A DNA stretch of 62,529 nucleotides, filler included. It is 9 parts of 9 records of this genome, joined end to end, with 100 filler letters (N's around TTAATTAATTAA, not from the genome) between each part and the next. Parts side by side here need not be neighbours in the genome. Positions count along the whole stretch, not along the records: positions 1 to 5,021 come from SRR31147125_129616; positions 5,122 to 15,669 come from SRR31147125_129765; 7 more parts are not named here. The stretch is one strand, 5' to 3'. Below, piece by piece: positions 1-11,459 of this stretch (its first letter is position 1; every line of letters begins with the position of its first letter). The position numbers were made by a program, and so were the translations under genes. The notes beneath the pieces were generated by a model. That model saw only the letters and a list, made by a program, of their open reading frames with translations. It ran no database searches and was not told where the DNA came from.

Positions 1-952
1 CAACACCCATGTGAAACTCACCAAAAATGACAAGTACTGGGATGCCTCCAGTTTGTCCCTCGACAACCTGACATTCTATACCCAGGAAGACAGGGCCGCT
101 GTTCAGAAACGATTCCGTGCAGGCGAAATTGATGTGGCCATGGATTTTGCGTCGGACCAGATCAACTGGCTGCGTAAGAATATGCCTGACGAGACGCGCA
201 TCGCCCCTTACATGGGGATCTATTACTACCCGATCAACTCATCGGTTGAGCCGTTCACCGATGCCCGGATTCGTAAAGCCTTGTCTATGGCGATCAACCG
301 TGAAGCGATCGTCGACAAGGTGCTGAAAACCGGTGAGCTTGCCGCTTACTCGTTTGTGCCTCCGGGGGTTGCCTACTACGAAAATCCTTCAGAGGTGGAG
401 TGGAAGGACATTCCGTATGGAGAGCGCCAGAAAATGGCCAAGGATCTTCTGGCCGAAGCCGGATACGGCCCGGATAATCCTCTGGAATTCACGCTCAGAT
501 ACAATACGTCTGAAAATCACAAGCGCATTGCTGTTGCGGTCGTATCCATGTGGAAAGCAATCGGGGTCAAAGCCGAACTGTTCAACTCGGAGGTAAAGGT
601 TCACTACGCCGACTTGAAACAGGGGGACTTCCAGGTCGCCCGCGCCGGCTGGATCGCCGATTATAACGATGCCCAGAATTTTCTCTATCTTCTTGAGACC
701 CGCACCGGTGCGAACAACTACGGCCGCTATTCAAATCCCGAATTCGATAAGCTGATGCTCGATGCTGAGGTCACCTCCGATCTGGCCAAGCGCAGTGAGA
801 TGATGCAGAAGGCGGAGGCTCTGGTAATGAGAGATCAGCCGGTTATCCCGATCTATCATTACGTATCGAAGAACCTTGTTTCCCAGAAGGTTGTCGGTTT
901 TGTCGACAACCCGCAGGATATACATCGCTGGCGCTACGTCAGTTTGAAATAG
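1..952 (+). CDS. oppA: Oligopeptide ABC transporter substrate-binding protein, 5'-partial
   Basis: SBP family 5 C-terminal motifs (DARIRKALSMAINRE, WIADYNDAQNFL); followed by oppB/C/D/F homologs. Confidence 0.9.
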   Translation, partial: NTHVKLTKNDKYWDASSLSLDNLTFYTQEDRAAVQKRFRAGEIDVAMDFASDQINWLRKNMPDETRIAPYMGIYYYPINSSVEPFTDARIRKALSMAINREAIVDKVLKTGELAAYSFVPPGVAYYENPSEVEWKDIPYGERQKMAKDLLAEAGYGPDNPLEFTLRYNTSENHKRIAVAVVSMWKAIGVKAELFNSEVKVHYADLKQGDFQVARAGWIADYNDAQNFLYLLETRTGANNYGRYSNPEFDKLMLDAEVTSDLAKRSEMMQKAEALVMRDQPVIPIYHYVSKNLVSQKVVGFVDNPQDIHRWRYVSLK

Positions 953-961
953 TATCCGGGA

Positions 962-994
962 GGGTGCGGGGCATTACGTTCCGCACCCGTTTTT
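962..994 (+). terminator. Stem-loop with T-run between oppA and oppB (partial terminator or mRNA stabiliser)
   Basis: GGGTGCGG...CCGCACCC followed by GTTTTT. Confidence 0.6.
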
Positions 995-1035
995 CGATAA
1001 CGGCTTTGCGGTCCATGAGAGGATAACGGTATCTT

Positions 1036-1959
1036 ATGTTCGCTTACGCGGTACGTCGTCTGTTAAGTGCGATCCCCACGCTGCTTATCATCATCACTCT
1101 TGCGTTTTTCATGATGCGGCTGGCTCCCGGCGGTCCGTTCGACCGTGAAAAGCAGCTGCCGCCCGAGATCGAGGCCAACATATTGAGGGCATACAACCTC
1201 GATAAACCGGTCCACGAGCAATACTTTGATTACCTGAAAAACATCGTTCGAGGAGATTTCGGCCCGTCGTACAAATACCTCGATTTTACCGTCAACGACC
1301 TGATCATGACCGGGTTTCCGGTTAGTCTCAGGCTGGGACTCTATGCGATTGTCCTGGCCATTGTGTTCGGGGTTACGGCGGGGACGGTGGCGGCCCTCAA
1401 CCAGAACTCCACCTTCGATTACCTGGTGATGGCGTTTGCGATGACCGGCATCGTCATTCCCAATTTCGTGATGGCCCCGCTGCTCGCCCTCGTTTTCGGA
1501 GTGTACCTCTCACTGCTGCCGGTCGCCGGCTGGGGCGGGGGTAAATTGCAGTATCAGATCCTGCCGGTGATCACTCTGGCGCTGCCCCAGATCGCCTACA
1601 TCGCGCGGCTGACCAGGGGCTCCATGGTCGAGGTGATGAATTCGAACTTTATCCGGACTGCACGGGCCAAAGGCCTGGCCGAGAAGATCGTTGTGGTGCG
1701 CCACGCCCTGCGGGGTGGCCTGCTTCCGGTCGTGTCCTACCTCGGGCCGGCCACTGCTGCCGTCATCACCGGGTCCGTGGTGATCGAGTCGATTTTTGAT
1801 GTGCCCGGCATTGGTCGGTACTTCGTTAATGGAGCTTTGAACCGTGATTATCCCGTGGTGATGGGAGTGGTCATTTTCTACGCGGTTCTGATCATTTTTC
1901 TCAATCTGGTGGTTGATCTGATCTACGGATTCCTCGATCCTCGGGTGAAGGTGGAATAA
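1036..1959 (+). CDS. oppB: Oligopeptide ABC permease
   Basis: MRLAPGGPF N-terminal motif, EAA-like loop RTARAKGL, hydrophobic TM segments. Confidence 0.93.
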   Translation: MFAYAVRRLLSAIPTLLIIITLAFFMMRLAPGGPFDREKQLPPEIEANILRAYNLDKPVHEQYFDYLKNIVRGDFGPSYKYLDFTVNDLIMTGFPVSLRLGLYAIVLAIVFGVTAGTVAALNQNSTFDYLVMAFAMTGIVIPNFVMAPLLALVFGVYLSLLPVAGWGGGKLQYQILPVITLALPQIAYIARLTRGSMVEVMNSNFIRTARAKGLAEKIVVVRHALRGGLLPVVSYLGPATAAVITGSVVIESIFDVPGIGRYFVNGALNRDYPVVMGVVIFYAVLIIFLNLVVDLIYGFLDPRVKVE

Positions 1960-2869
1960 TGTCAGAGGCCAGACCATTTAAATCAGACGGGCTCGCCGGT
2001 CTCAACGGCGTTGAGGCGATTAAAGGCAGGAGTCTCTGGCAGGATGCCCGGCGCCGGCTGCTCAGCAACAAGGCCGCAGTCGCTTCCATGCTGCTGCTGT
2101 CGTTCATTGTCCTCATAGCGATTTTTGCGCCGATGCTCTCCCCTTGGGCGTTTGACGATCCGGATTGGGGCTACGATTTTCCCGGGCCGCCGAATATGGA
2201 GTTGCAGCACTGGTTCGGAACCGACGGCAACGGCAGGGATCTGTTCGTCCGAACTCTCTACGGCGCGAGAATTTCTCTGCTGGTCGGCGTGATCGCGACC
2301 AGCGTGAGTCTGCTTATTGGCGTCACTTACGGGGCGACGGCCGGGTTTATCGGGGGCAGGACGGACAATATCATGATGCGCATCGTCGATATTCTCTATT
2401 CCCTGCCCTTTATGTTCTTCGTCATTTTACTGATGGTCATTTTCGGCCGGAACATCTTCCTGATCTTCGTGGCCCTGGGGGCGGTCGAGTGGCTGACGAT
2501 GGCCCGGATTGTCCGTGGGCAGGCATTGTCAGTGAAGAAGAAAGAGTTCATCGAGGCGGCGCATGCGGTCGGTGTATCCAATGCGAAGATTATCACCCGC
2601 CATATCATCCCCAACGTCCTGGGGCCGGTTATCGTCTATATGACGCTCACCATTCCCCAGGTGATCCTCACCGAGAGTTTTCTCTTTTCGGACTTGGCGT
2701 GCAGGAGCCGCTTACCAGTTGGGGCGTATTGATCTCGGAAGGTGCGAAACAGATGGAATCGGCCCCCTGGCTGCTGATTTTTCCGGCGCTGTTTCTGGCG
2801 GTGACCCTGTTCTGTTTCAATTTTATCGGCGACGGCTTGCGCGATGCCCTGGACCCCAAAGACCGGTAA
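1959..2869 (+). CDS. oppC: Oligopeptide ABC permease, frameshifted near 2680-2690
   Basis: HWFGTDGNGRDLF and EFIEAA in the first frame; GLGVQEPLTSWG...GDGLRDALDPK continues in another frame; the conserved ESFLSFLGLG is disrupted in a T/C-rich run. Confidence 0.88.
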
Positions 2870-2888
2870 TCATACATCCTGATAGACG

Positions 2889-3851
2889 ATGCTTCTGGAA
2901 ATCAAAAACCTTACGACCCGCTTCGAGACTCCCGAAGGAGAGGTGTGCGCAGTCAGCGATGTAAGCCTGCAGGTAGGTGCGGGGCAGTGTCTTGGCGTCG
3001 TCGGCGAGTCCGGTTCGGGAAAGACGCAGGTATTCATGTCGATGATGGGCCTGCTCGCCAAAAACGGACACAGCGAGGGGAGTGTCACATTCAACGGGAA
3101 ACAGATCCTCGGACTCGATACGGTCGCACTCAATACCCTGCGCGGGGTGGAATTCTCGATGATTTTCCAGGACCCGATGACCTCGCTCAACCCTTACCTG
3201 CGCATCTCGAAACAGATGACCGAGGTACTTGTGGAGCACCGGGGGATCGGTGAGAAAGACGCGGCGGCGCGATCGATAGAGATGCTCAGCCTGGTCGGCA
3301 TACCGGAGCCGGAAAAGCGCTTCCGAATGTACCCACATGAGTTTTCCGGAGGTATGCGGCAGCGCGCGATGATTGCGATGGCGTTGCTCTGCGAACCGCA
3401 GCTGCTGATTGCCGATGAACCAACCACTGCACTCGATGTTACCGTGCAGGCGCAGATTCTCGAACTGATCGCCGGTCTTGGCCGGAAACTGAACATGGCC
3501 ACTGTTTTGATAACCCACGACCTGGGGGTTATTGCAGGCCTCAGTGACCGGGTGGTGGTTATGTACGGCGGCAGAGTCGTGGAGGAAGCACCGGTCAGCG
3601 ATATCTTCCACAAACCGCAACACCCCTATACCAGGGGACTGCTCGAGTCCATGCCCCGTCTCGATACGAGTTCTGATCATGCGCTGCATGCCATTCCCGG
3701 TCAGCCGCCGGATCTCCAGGCTTTGCCTGCCGGCTGCAGCTTCGCACCGCGCTGTGCTTACGCATTTGAGCGCTGCGTCAGGGAGATGCCGGAGCTGAAA
3801 AATGCGGGCGAAAACGGGGTCAAGGCCTGTCACCTGGAGCAGATGCCATGA
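2889..3851 (+). CDS. oppD: Oligopeptide ABC ATP-binding protein
   Basis: Walker A GESGSGKT, signature FSGGMRQR, HPYT C-terminal domain with Cys motif. Confidence 0.93.
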   Translation: MLLEIKNLTTRFETPEGEVCAVSDVSLQVGAGQCLGVVGESGSGKTQVFMSMMGLLAKNGHSEGSVTFNGKQILGLDTVALNTLRGVEFSMIFQDPMTSLNPYLRISKQMTEVLVEHRGIGEKDAAARSIEMLSLVGIPEPEKRFRMYPHEFSGGMRQRAMIAMALLCEPQLLIADEPTTALDVTVQAQILELIAGLGRKLNMATVLITHDLGVIAGLSDRVVVMYGGRVVEEAPVSDIFHKPQHPYTRGLLESMPRLDTSSDHALHAIPGQPPDLQALPAGCSFAPRCAYAFERCVREMPELKNAGENGVKACHLEQMP

Positions 3852-4855
3852 GTGCGATACCTCCAACAAACAATGACTCGGGCCGGGAACCGATCCTGTC
3901 GGTACGGGGGCTCAAGGTCTATTTTCCGATCATCACCGGTGGCTTGATTCGCAGGACCGTTCCGCTCAGGGCGGTCGACGAGGTCAGTTTCGATCTCTAC
4001 CCCGGTGAAACGCTCGGGGTTGTCGGGGAATCCGGATGCGGAAAGTCGACCCTGGGGCGCGGCATCCTGCAATTGCTCGAGCCCTCCGGAGGTAGTGTGG
4101 CGTGGCTCGGGACCCCCATCGAAGGATTGACTTCGACGCAGATGAAGCCGTTTCGCAAAGAAATGCAGATCATCTTCCAGGACCCGCTGGCCTCGTTGAA
4201 TCCCCGGATGACCATTGGTGATATCATTGGCGAGCCGCTGACCGTCCATAAACCTGAGCTGTCGGCAGAGCAGCGCAAGCAGGAGGTCAGAGATATCATG
4301 GAGCAGGTGGGGCTGCTGCCGTTGATGATCAACCGCTACCCCCACGAGTTCTCAGGCGGCCAGTGCCAGCGGATCGGTGTCGCCCGGGCAATGATCCTGA
4401 AACCGCGGCTCATTGTCTGTGACGAACCGGTTTCCGCTCTCGATGTATCGATCCAGGCGCAGATCGTGAATCTGATCAGAGATCTTCAGCATGCTTTCGG
4501 CCTCTCCCTGATATTCATCAGCCATGACCTGTCTATTGTCCGGCACATCTCTCACCGGATTATGGTACTGTATCTCGGAAACATGATGGAGGTTGCAGAC
4601 CGGGACAGCCTGTATGCAAATCCGAAGCACCCGTATACGAAAGCGCTGATCTCTGCGGTACCGCTGCCCGATCCGGATCTGGAGAAGAACAAGCAGCGAC
4701 TCGTGCTCGAAGGTGACCTGCCGTCGCCGCTTTCCCCGCCCTCCGGCTGTGTGTTCAGAACCCGCTGTCCACTCGCACAGGATATCTGCGCACGCGAAAA
4801 GCCGCCGATGACGGACGTCAACGGGTCCCACCAGGTGGCCTGCCATTTCTGGTAA
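3848..4855 (+). CDS. oppF: Oligopeptide ABC ATP-binding protein
   Basis: GESGCGKS, FSGGQCQR, HPYT, C-terminal GCVFRTRC...VACH. Confidence 0.93.
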   Translation: MSAIPPTNNDSGREPILSVRGLKVYFPIITGGLIRRTVPLRAVDEVSFDLYPGETLGVVGESGCGKSTLGRGILQLLEPSGGSVAWLGTPIEGLTSTQMKPFRKEMQIIFQDPLASLNPRMTIGDIIGEPLTVHKPELSAEQRKQEVRDIMEQVGLLPLMINRYPHEFSGGQCQRIGVARAMILKPRLIVCDEPVSALDVSIQAQIVNLIRDLQHAFGLSLIFISHDLSIVRHISHRIMVLYLGNMMEVADRDSLYANPKHPYTKALISAVPLPDPDLEKNKQRLVLEGDLPSPLSPPSGCVFRTRCPLAQDICAREKPPMTDVNGSHQVACHFW

Positions 4856-5021
4856 CAATCATAAATCTGGGAAGCCCCGGATATATCAGTGTCTCTTCAA
4901 AACCCCGAGCAGCGCATGTCTGGTCTGGTCCGCATCTTCGGATTCGAGGTTCATCATTGGGGCGATCGAGCAGGTGGGCAGCAGATAGAAGACAAGTGAG
5001 GCCCTGCCGTGTGAACCGGCC

Positions 5022-5121
5022 NNNNNNNNNNNNNNNNNNNNNNNNNNNNNNNNNNNNNNNNNNNNTTAATTAATTAANNNNNNNNNNNNNNNNNNNNNNN
5101 NNNNNNNNNNNNNNNNNNNNN
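5022..5121. other. Artificial contig linker (also 15670-15769, 20900-20999, 30778-30877, 36536-36635, 46308-46407, 51462-51561, 57027-57126)
   Basis: Eight 100-nt blocks of N flanking TTAATTAATTAA (stops in all six frames); gene content and composition change abruptly across them. Confidence 0.98.
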
Positions 5122-5964
5122 AAAACCCTATCGACGATATCAAGAGTGACGCTAATCCCTCTGGGTGCGTTTATATTCGCGTGTGGTGTTAACGGCTTTT
5201 TTGTACCGCATCGGCTGCTTTCGACAGGCGTTGGCGGTATCAGCTTGCTCATAAGCTATGTGACGAATCTGCCGACGTGGCTGCTTGTTGTGGGCATCAA
5301 TGTGCCGATTTTTATTGCGGCGTGGGTGCTTATCAGCCGCAAATTCTTTTATCTCAGCCTCATGGGTATGAGTGCGTTTACCCTGTTCCTTTGGATAAGC
5401 GAAGGATGGAGCTTTGGGGTGAGTAACCCTCTGCTCTCGGCTGTGGCGGGCGGTGGGATGTGCGGTTTTGGCCTTGGGTTGATACTGCGGCAGGGCGGAA
5501 GCAAGGGCGGCATGGACATTATCGCAGGGATTATGTATAAGTTTTTTGCGTTGTCGTATAGTGCGGTATCAGTGGTTATCAACTTCGCAATCATTGCAAT
5601 AATGGCAGTGGTATTTGGGCTTGAGCCTGCGCTGCTAACGTTTGCCGCGATATTTACCATCGGGCGCGTGGCCGAGGCGATGCTTTCCGGCTTTTCAAAA
5701 TCAATTACCGTTCTCGTGTTGACAAGAAAGCGGAGTACGCGTATCACGGCAGAGGTTAACGAAACGATTGGACGGCGCGCCAGTGTGCTGCAAAACATCG
5801 AAGACGAGCAGCGGCCGAAGAAGATACTGATGTTCATCATCAAACCGCGGGAGTTCGCGCAGCTTAAAGAGATCGTATTTAAGCAGGACGAAGAGGCAGA
5901 CATTTCGATCATTGATACAAAAGAGGTGCGTGGCAGTGGTTTCGAAAGAAAGGGGTTATATTAA
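5122..5964 (+). CDS. YitT family membrane protein (DUF161/DUF2179), probably 5'-partial
   Basis: TGVGGIS and GGSKGGMDII repeats, multiple TMs, C-terminal EVRGSGF. Confidence 0.8.
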   Translation, partial: KTLSTISRVTLIPLGAFIFACGVNGFFVPHRLLSTGVGGISLLISYVTNLPTWLLVVGINVPIFIAAWVLISRKFFYLSLMGMSAFTLFLWISEGWSFGVSNPLLSAVAGGGMCGFGLGLILRQGGSKGGMDIIAGIMYKFFALSYSAVSVVINFAIIAIMAVVFGLEPALLTFAAIFTIGRVAEAMLSGFSKSITVLVLTRKRSTRITAEVNETIGRRASVLQNIEDEQRPKKILMFIIKPREFAQLKEIVFKQDEEADISIIDTKEVRGSGFERKGLY

Positions 5965-6208
5965 GGAGGCACTGATTAATTCGGGCAAACGTATTTGGAA
6001 ACCTGACGGAACGTGAGTGTAGGGTCAAGGGGAAGTGCTGTTTAACTTGGGGTTATTTATTATCGATTGAGATAGCGTCATTGTTCAATCACTTTACACG
6101 ATATTAACAAATCGTTTTATTTACTTAACTAACTATTTGGTGCTATACTTTATACTGTAGGTAAATAGAGTTTATAATAGGTAAATAAAAGATAAGAGGG
6201 TTGGACAT

Positions 6209-7928
6209 TTGAGGAGAATCGTAATAACATACCCTGACAAATGTAAGGCGTGCAATCGCTGTATCCGTGTTTGCCCGATAGGCGAAGCTAACGTCGCTAC
6301 GCTAGAAAACGGAGAAGTCAAGGTGCGTGTTGATAGCGAAAAATGTATCGCTTGCGGCGCGTGTATTGCGGCGTGTCAGCATAATGCGCGAGACTATGTA
6401 GATGATACTGAGAAGTTTTTTAGCGACCTTGCGCGCGGCGAAGCGATTTCGTTGATCGTTGCACCTGCTATGCGAACGAACTTTAAAAAACCGGGCGCCG
6501 TCTTAGCCTGGCTCAGGGAGCAGGGAGCGGGTAAAATCGCTGATGTTTCACTTGGGGCCGATATTTGTACATGGGCACATATCCGCCATATTGAAAAGAA
6601 TCGTCCGACGATGCTGATCACACAGCCTTGTCCGGCGATCGTCAACTATATCACCAAATATCAACCGAATCTGGTCAAGAACCTTTCGCCGGTGCATAGC
6701 CCGATGCTGTGTACTGCGGTGTTTATGCGCAAGCATCTTGGTGTAAAAGGAAAGATTGCGGCGCTGTCTCCATGCATCGCTAAAGCGCAGGAGTTTGAAG
6801 ACACCCGCCTAATTTCTTATAACGTTTCTTTCAAAAAGCTGGAAGAATATATTGTGAGCAAACACATCCGTATCCCGCAAGCCGGTTTTGAGTTCGACCA
6901 TTTGGATGCGTCGCTCGGGCGTGTGTTTCCGATGCCAGGCGGACTGAAAGAAAACGTGGAATTTTATATCGGCAAAGGGCTGCGCATCGATAAATCGGAG
7001 GGGCAGCACGTGGTCTATAAAAACCTAAACGATTTGGCAGCCGAGAAGCCGGGCAACGCGCCCGCGTTGTACGATGTATTGAACTGCGCGGAAGGTTGCA
7101 ATATCGGAACGGGGTGCAACCATCAAACGTCGGTATTTGAAGTCTCGCGCATGATGGATATTGAGCGGCAGCAAGCAATGGGCAGTTATCAAAAGACAAA
7201 CGAAGCAGCGATGACGAGGTTGTTTACGCTGTTCGACAAAAAGCTTTCGCTTTCCGACTATATTCGAACGTATCAGCGACGGACGGTACATGAAATATCA
7301 TATTCGAAAGATGATGTCGAAAAAGCTTTTTTTGGCGCTGAGGAAAACGGACACGCAGAGCAGAGAACATAATTGTTTTGCGTGTGGATGCGACACGTGC
7401 GAAGAGATGGCGCGCTGCATCGCAAAAGGCATCAACGTGCCCGAAAACTGTATTGAAAAGGCACGCTCAGACATACAAATAGAACATAAGGCGTTGATTG
7501 AAGAGCAACAGCGCAACTCGGCGAATCTCAGCCGCATCATGCAGGAAATAGACGGTATAAAAAAGGAGTTCAAAACCGTACTTGGCAGCGTGGACGATGT
7601 GCGCGAGACTATTACGCAATACAGCGAAATGGGTAATTTGATAGGAAATATTGCGATGCAGACAAAATTGTTGTCGCTTAATGCTTCTGTGGAAGCGGTA
7701 CGCGCCGGTGAGCATGGTACGGGCTTTGCGGTGGTTGCGGAGGCGATACGCGATCTGGCTGATGGATCGCGGCAGACAGTGGATGCAGTGGCAGATACCG
7801 GCGAACATGCAATGCAAACACTCGGTTCAATAAAGCAGGCAAATCAATCGGTTGAAGCGTCGATTGAGCGAATGGCGACATATGTGGATGAAATTTCGTC
7901 GGCGATCAAAAGCTACTCTGCGACGTGA
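6209..7928 (+). CDS. [FeFe]-hydrogenase-like protein with 2[4Fe-4S] ferredoxin, FeS and methyl-accepting chemotaxis domains; frameshift at T7 run near 7327-7333
   Basis: CKACNRC/CIACGAC ferredoxin motifs; H-cluster-like motifs [22 protein letters not shown]; second frame has [10 protein letters not shown] and MCP hairpin [27 protein letters not shown]. Confidence 0.82.
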
Positions 7929-8163
7929 GAGAGTCATATGGGGCAGGCGGTAAAATATCTATCAAAAAATTAACATGATATTGATTCAAAGTGTACAATA
8001 TGTGGTATAATGACATTGAGTAAAATACATGATAACGGGTGATTACTTGAAAACTTTTAGGAGATTCCATCGTTCCTATTTAAACGGCTTAAATATCAGC
8101 AAACTTTATTAAATGCCGCCTTGTTTTGGGCGGCTTATTTTATTCTTGCCAAGGGGGCTTTTC

Positions 8164-9533
8164 ATGACAGATTCGCAAAAAGAAAGAACTACATACTGGA
8201 TACCAACGTGCTGATGCATGATCCGTGGTGTTTTCGGTACTTCGTCGGCAACAACGTGTACATTCCGGTGACTGTGCTGGAAGAGCTCGATCATTTGAAA
8301 TCACGTGATGGCCTGGCGGGATATCAGGCGCGTGAGGCGGTACGAACGCTGCACCGCACGATTGACGGGCGCGGCAGAGAATTTGTTACCGATGGGATGC
8401 AGATGCCTGACGACGTTGTGCTCAAAGTGGCGACGGCGCGTAGCAACGGTGAAAAGCTGCCGTTTCGTGAACAGATGGGCGACAATGATATCCTTGCGTG
8501 CGCCATCGAGATAAAAGAAAATGGCCCGGATACGGAGACGATTCTTGTGTCCAAAGACGTTTGCCTCCGCATCAAAGCGGAGGTGGCGGGGCTAGTCAGT
8601 GAAGACTATGAAACAGATAAAATCAAGACGGATGAGCTGTACAGCGGGTATACCAAATTTGCGATGAGCGAAAAACAGATCGCGAAAATCTATGACGCGG
8701 GTCAAAAGCCGCCCAAAGGCGAGGAGCTATTGCCCAATCAGTTTGCGCAGATTACGAACAAGAGCGATCCGGAGCACAGCGTGATTACGCGGTATGATGG
8801 CAAAAAGCTGATACCTCTGCGATACGAAAAGCACAGCGCGTGGGGGCTTCGACCGCTGAATCTTGAGCAAAAGATGGCGTTTGAGCTTCTGATGGATCCG
8901 AGTGTGCCGTTTGTGTCGATTACGGGCGGCGCGGGCAGCGGCAAGACGATTCTTGCGACGGCGGTTGCGCTCGAAAAGGTGATGGAGCAGCACGAGTATC
9001 GCAAGGTCGTGTTTGTACGCCCGACCGTTCCGGCGGGCAACGACATCGGATACCTTCCGGGTACGGAAGAAGAGAAGCTGCGTCCGTGGATGGGAAGCTT
9101 TTACGATGCGATAGACATGCTGATGAGCAGCGACAAAGACGCAGGCAAAGCCAAGAAAGCAAAGCGTACGGAGGACGGTTTTCAGGTGGATCAGTTCATC
9201 GACGATTTTCGAAAGCGCGGTGTTTTTGAGATTAAGACGTTTACGTATATGCGCGGAAGGACGATCACGGACGCCATTGTCATCGTGGATGAAGCACAGG
9301 AAATTACGCCGCATCTGGCCAAGCTGATGCTGACAAGGGCGGGTGAGCGCGCTAAGTTCATCTTCCTCGGCGATCCGAGTGATAACCAGATCGATAACGT
9401 GCTTGTCGATTCCAAATCCAACGGGCTTGTTTACGTTGTGGAGCGGATGAAAGAATATGATATCACCAGGCATGTAACACTCCGGCAGGTGGAGCGAAGC
9501 GAGCTTGCGTCGCTGGCGGAAAAGAGCCTTTAG
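8164..9533 (+). CDS. PhoH family protein with N-terminal PIN domain (YlaK/PhoH2-like)
   Basis: YILDTNVL PIN motif, Walker A GGAGSGKT, IGYLPG, YMRGRT, DEAQ. Likely true ATG at 8164 after AAGGGGG with one A missing in an A-run (ORF track starts at 8121). Confidence 0.88.
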
Positions 9534-9547
9534 GTACGATCACTACA

Positions 9548-9580
9548 AGGCGGCTGCGCTATTACGTAGCCGCTTTTTGT
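9548..9580 (+). terminator. Intrinsic terminator after PhoH gene
   Basis: GCGGCTGCG...CGTAGCCGC followed by TTTTTGT. Confidence 0.7.
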
Positions 9581-9674
9581 ATTTCCTGCTTAGCTGGTAA
9601 AGCGAAGGATGTTGAGGGGATTCGCAGTGCGTGATCAACGTGTGAAGCGGTAAAAAATACATTAAGATGGACAA

Positions 9675-10934
9675 TTGCAAAAAAAACGCTATATAATATC
9701 AATAGACAAAAGATTGGGGAATGATTCTTTGCATGATTATAAGAAACTTAACCTAAAGCTGCGTGCGCTGGCGGTATTCGGCGGGGTTCGTGACGACGCG
9801 GCGGTACGGGCGCTGATCGTGTTGTTTGATGCAGACAATATGGATGACAAGATCAGCGCGTATGCGACGTTTACGGCTTCGCTGTATGAGAAGGGTGACA
9901 ACTGGACGGCATATTTGCACGCGCTGGTGATGAATGATGAGAATTTGTACGTTACGCGTCGTGCGCGAAACGAGGACATACCACAAAGCATTGAAGCGTG
10001 CGTGCGAAAGGAATTAGAGGTACTACAGGAATTGTCTTGCCTTCGCAGTGAGGATGTACAAGCGTGGATCGGTTATGATGGATATTTGCCCGAATGGAAG
10101 ACAAGCGCTGCGTACATTCCGGCGGATTATATGGTATATATGGAAAGCGCATCCCGCCGCGGCTTCGGAGTTTTTGCGCAACATAATGTGTTTACCGCAG
10201 AGAACGGCAGCATTGTACCGGTGCGTTTTGCGGATACGATTGGGCTGGATGATCTTAAAGGCTACGAGTCGCAGCGGCAGATGGTCGTAGACAACACGCT
10301 TACGTTGCTTGCGGGGAAACCGGCTGCGGATGCGTTGCTGTACGGCGATGCGGGCACGGGCAAGTCTTCTACAATTAAGGCCGTTGCCAACGCGTATTTC
10401 GGCGACGGTCTGCGGCTTATCGAGATGAATAAGTTCGAATTTATGCATATTCCGAAGATCGTGTCCGAGCTGGCAAAAAGTCCGCTAAAGTTCATATTGT
10501 TCATTGACGATTTATCTTTTGTACAGGAAAACGATGTGTACAATTTGCTCAAGGCCATGCTGCAAGGATCGGTGTTTCAAAAGCCGCAAAACATCGTTAT
10601 CTATGCGACAAGCAATCGCCGCCACTTGGTGAAAGAAACGTTTTCTGAGCGCAGTGGAGACGATGTGCACCGTAACGAGACAATCCAAGAGCTAATCTCA
10701 CTCTCGCAGAGATTTGGCCTGACGGTCGGTTTTTTTAAGCCAAACAAGAAAAAGTATCTCGAAATTGTGCATGCGCTAAAAACGGAGTATGGTATCGAGA
10801 TGGATGATGCCGCGCTTGAGATAGAAGCAGAGCGGTTTGCCGCTATGGGCAGAACACCGCGTGTTGCACGCCAGCTGATGGCGTACTTAGCGCAGAAGCA
10901 ATATCGGTTAGAGCGAAATGGCAGCGGTGATTGA
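9675..10934 (+). CDS. DUF815 family AAA+ ATPase
   Basis: LLYGDAGTGKSS, FILFIDDLSF, YATSNRRHLVKE; start codon uncertain. Confidence 0.85.
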   Translation: MQKKRYIISIDKRLGNDSLHDYKKLNLKLRALAVFGGVRDDAAVRALIVLFDADNMDDKISAYATFTASLYEKGDNWTAYLHALVMNDENLYVTRRARNEDIPQSIEACVRKELEVLQELSCLRSEDVQAWIGYDGYLPEWKTSAAYIPADYMVYMESASRRGFGVFAQHNVFTAENGSIVPVRFADTIGLDDLKGYESQRQMVVDNTLTLLAGKPAADALLYGDAGTGKSSTIKAVANAYFGDGLRLIEMNKFEFMHIPKIVSELAKSPLKFILFIDDLSFVQENDVYNLLKAMLQGSVFQKPQNIVIYATSNRRHLVKETFSERSGDDVHRNETIQELISLSQRFGLTVGFFKPNKKKYLEIVHALKTEYGIEMDDAALEIEAERFAAMGRTPRVARQLMAYLAQKQYRLERNGSGD

Positions 10935-11055
10935 AAAACATAGGTGAATCATCTAAAGTTATTGCAAACCTAAACGGACGAAAACGTGCTGTTTGGTTTT
11001 TTGCAGCGGTATGTTAAGTGATACAATGAATCATAATGATACAAGGAGCATATAC

Positions 11056-11385
11056 ATGAGCAATATCAACGTAACCGTAGATGCGGGTATCTGTGGGTTT
11101 GTGACGAAGATTACGGCGAAAAGCAGCGACGGGCAAAACACCGCGGTTTTGATCGAAACAGACTGCCCGAGCCTAAAGCCGATCGAAGATGAGCTGACAA
11201 AAGTGGACGGCTATGCGGCATGCTTTGGCAACCCGTGTGATTCGTCGGTATACCGGGTGGTCAATGAATATTGTGTGCATGCGGCGTGCCCTGTGCCGAG
11301 CGCGATTATTAAAGCGGTGGAAGCGGCGTGCGGGCTTGCGCTTTCAAAAGACGTGCATATTGAGGTTTGTAAGGCAGACGAATAA
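11056..11385 (+). CDS. Small Cys-rich protein (DUF6951-like)
   Basis: AGICGF, TDCP, HAACPVPSAIIKAVE motifs; AAGGAG RBS before ATG 11056. Confidence 0.65.
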   Translation: MSNINVTVDAGICGFVTKITAKSSDGQNTAVLIETDCPSLKPIEDELTKVDGYAACFGNPCDSSVYRVVNEYCVHAACPVPSAIIKAVEAACGLALSKDVHIEVCKADE

Positions 11386-11459
11386 CGCAAAGGTGATCTG
11401 CTCACTGAAATCAATGCTGTTTGTTGGATAGAATATAAAAAGCAGGAAAGAGGCTGGTT

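Noticed and set aside
2823-3869. Long antisense ORFs (also 24063-25058, 25143-25979, 27548-28393, 53376-54203)
   Set aside because: Shadow frames of well-supported genes in GC-rich sequence, with no recognisable motifs.
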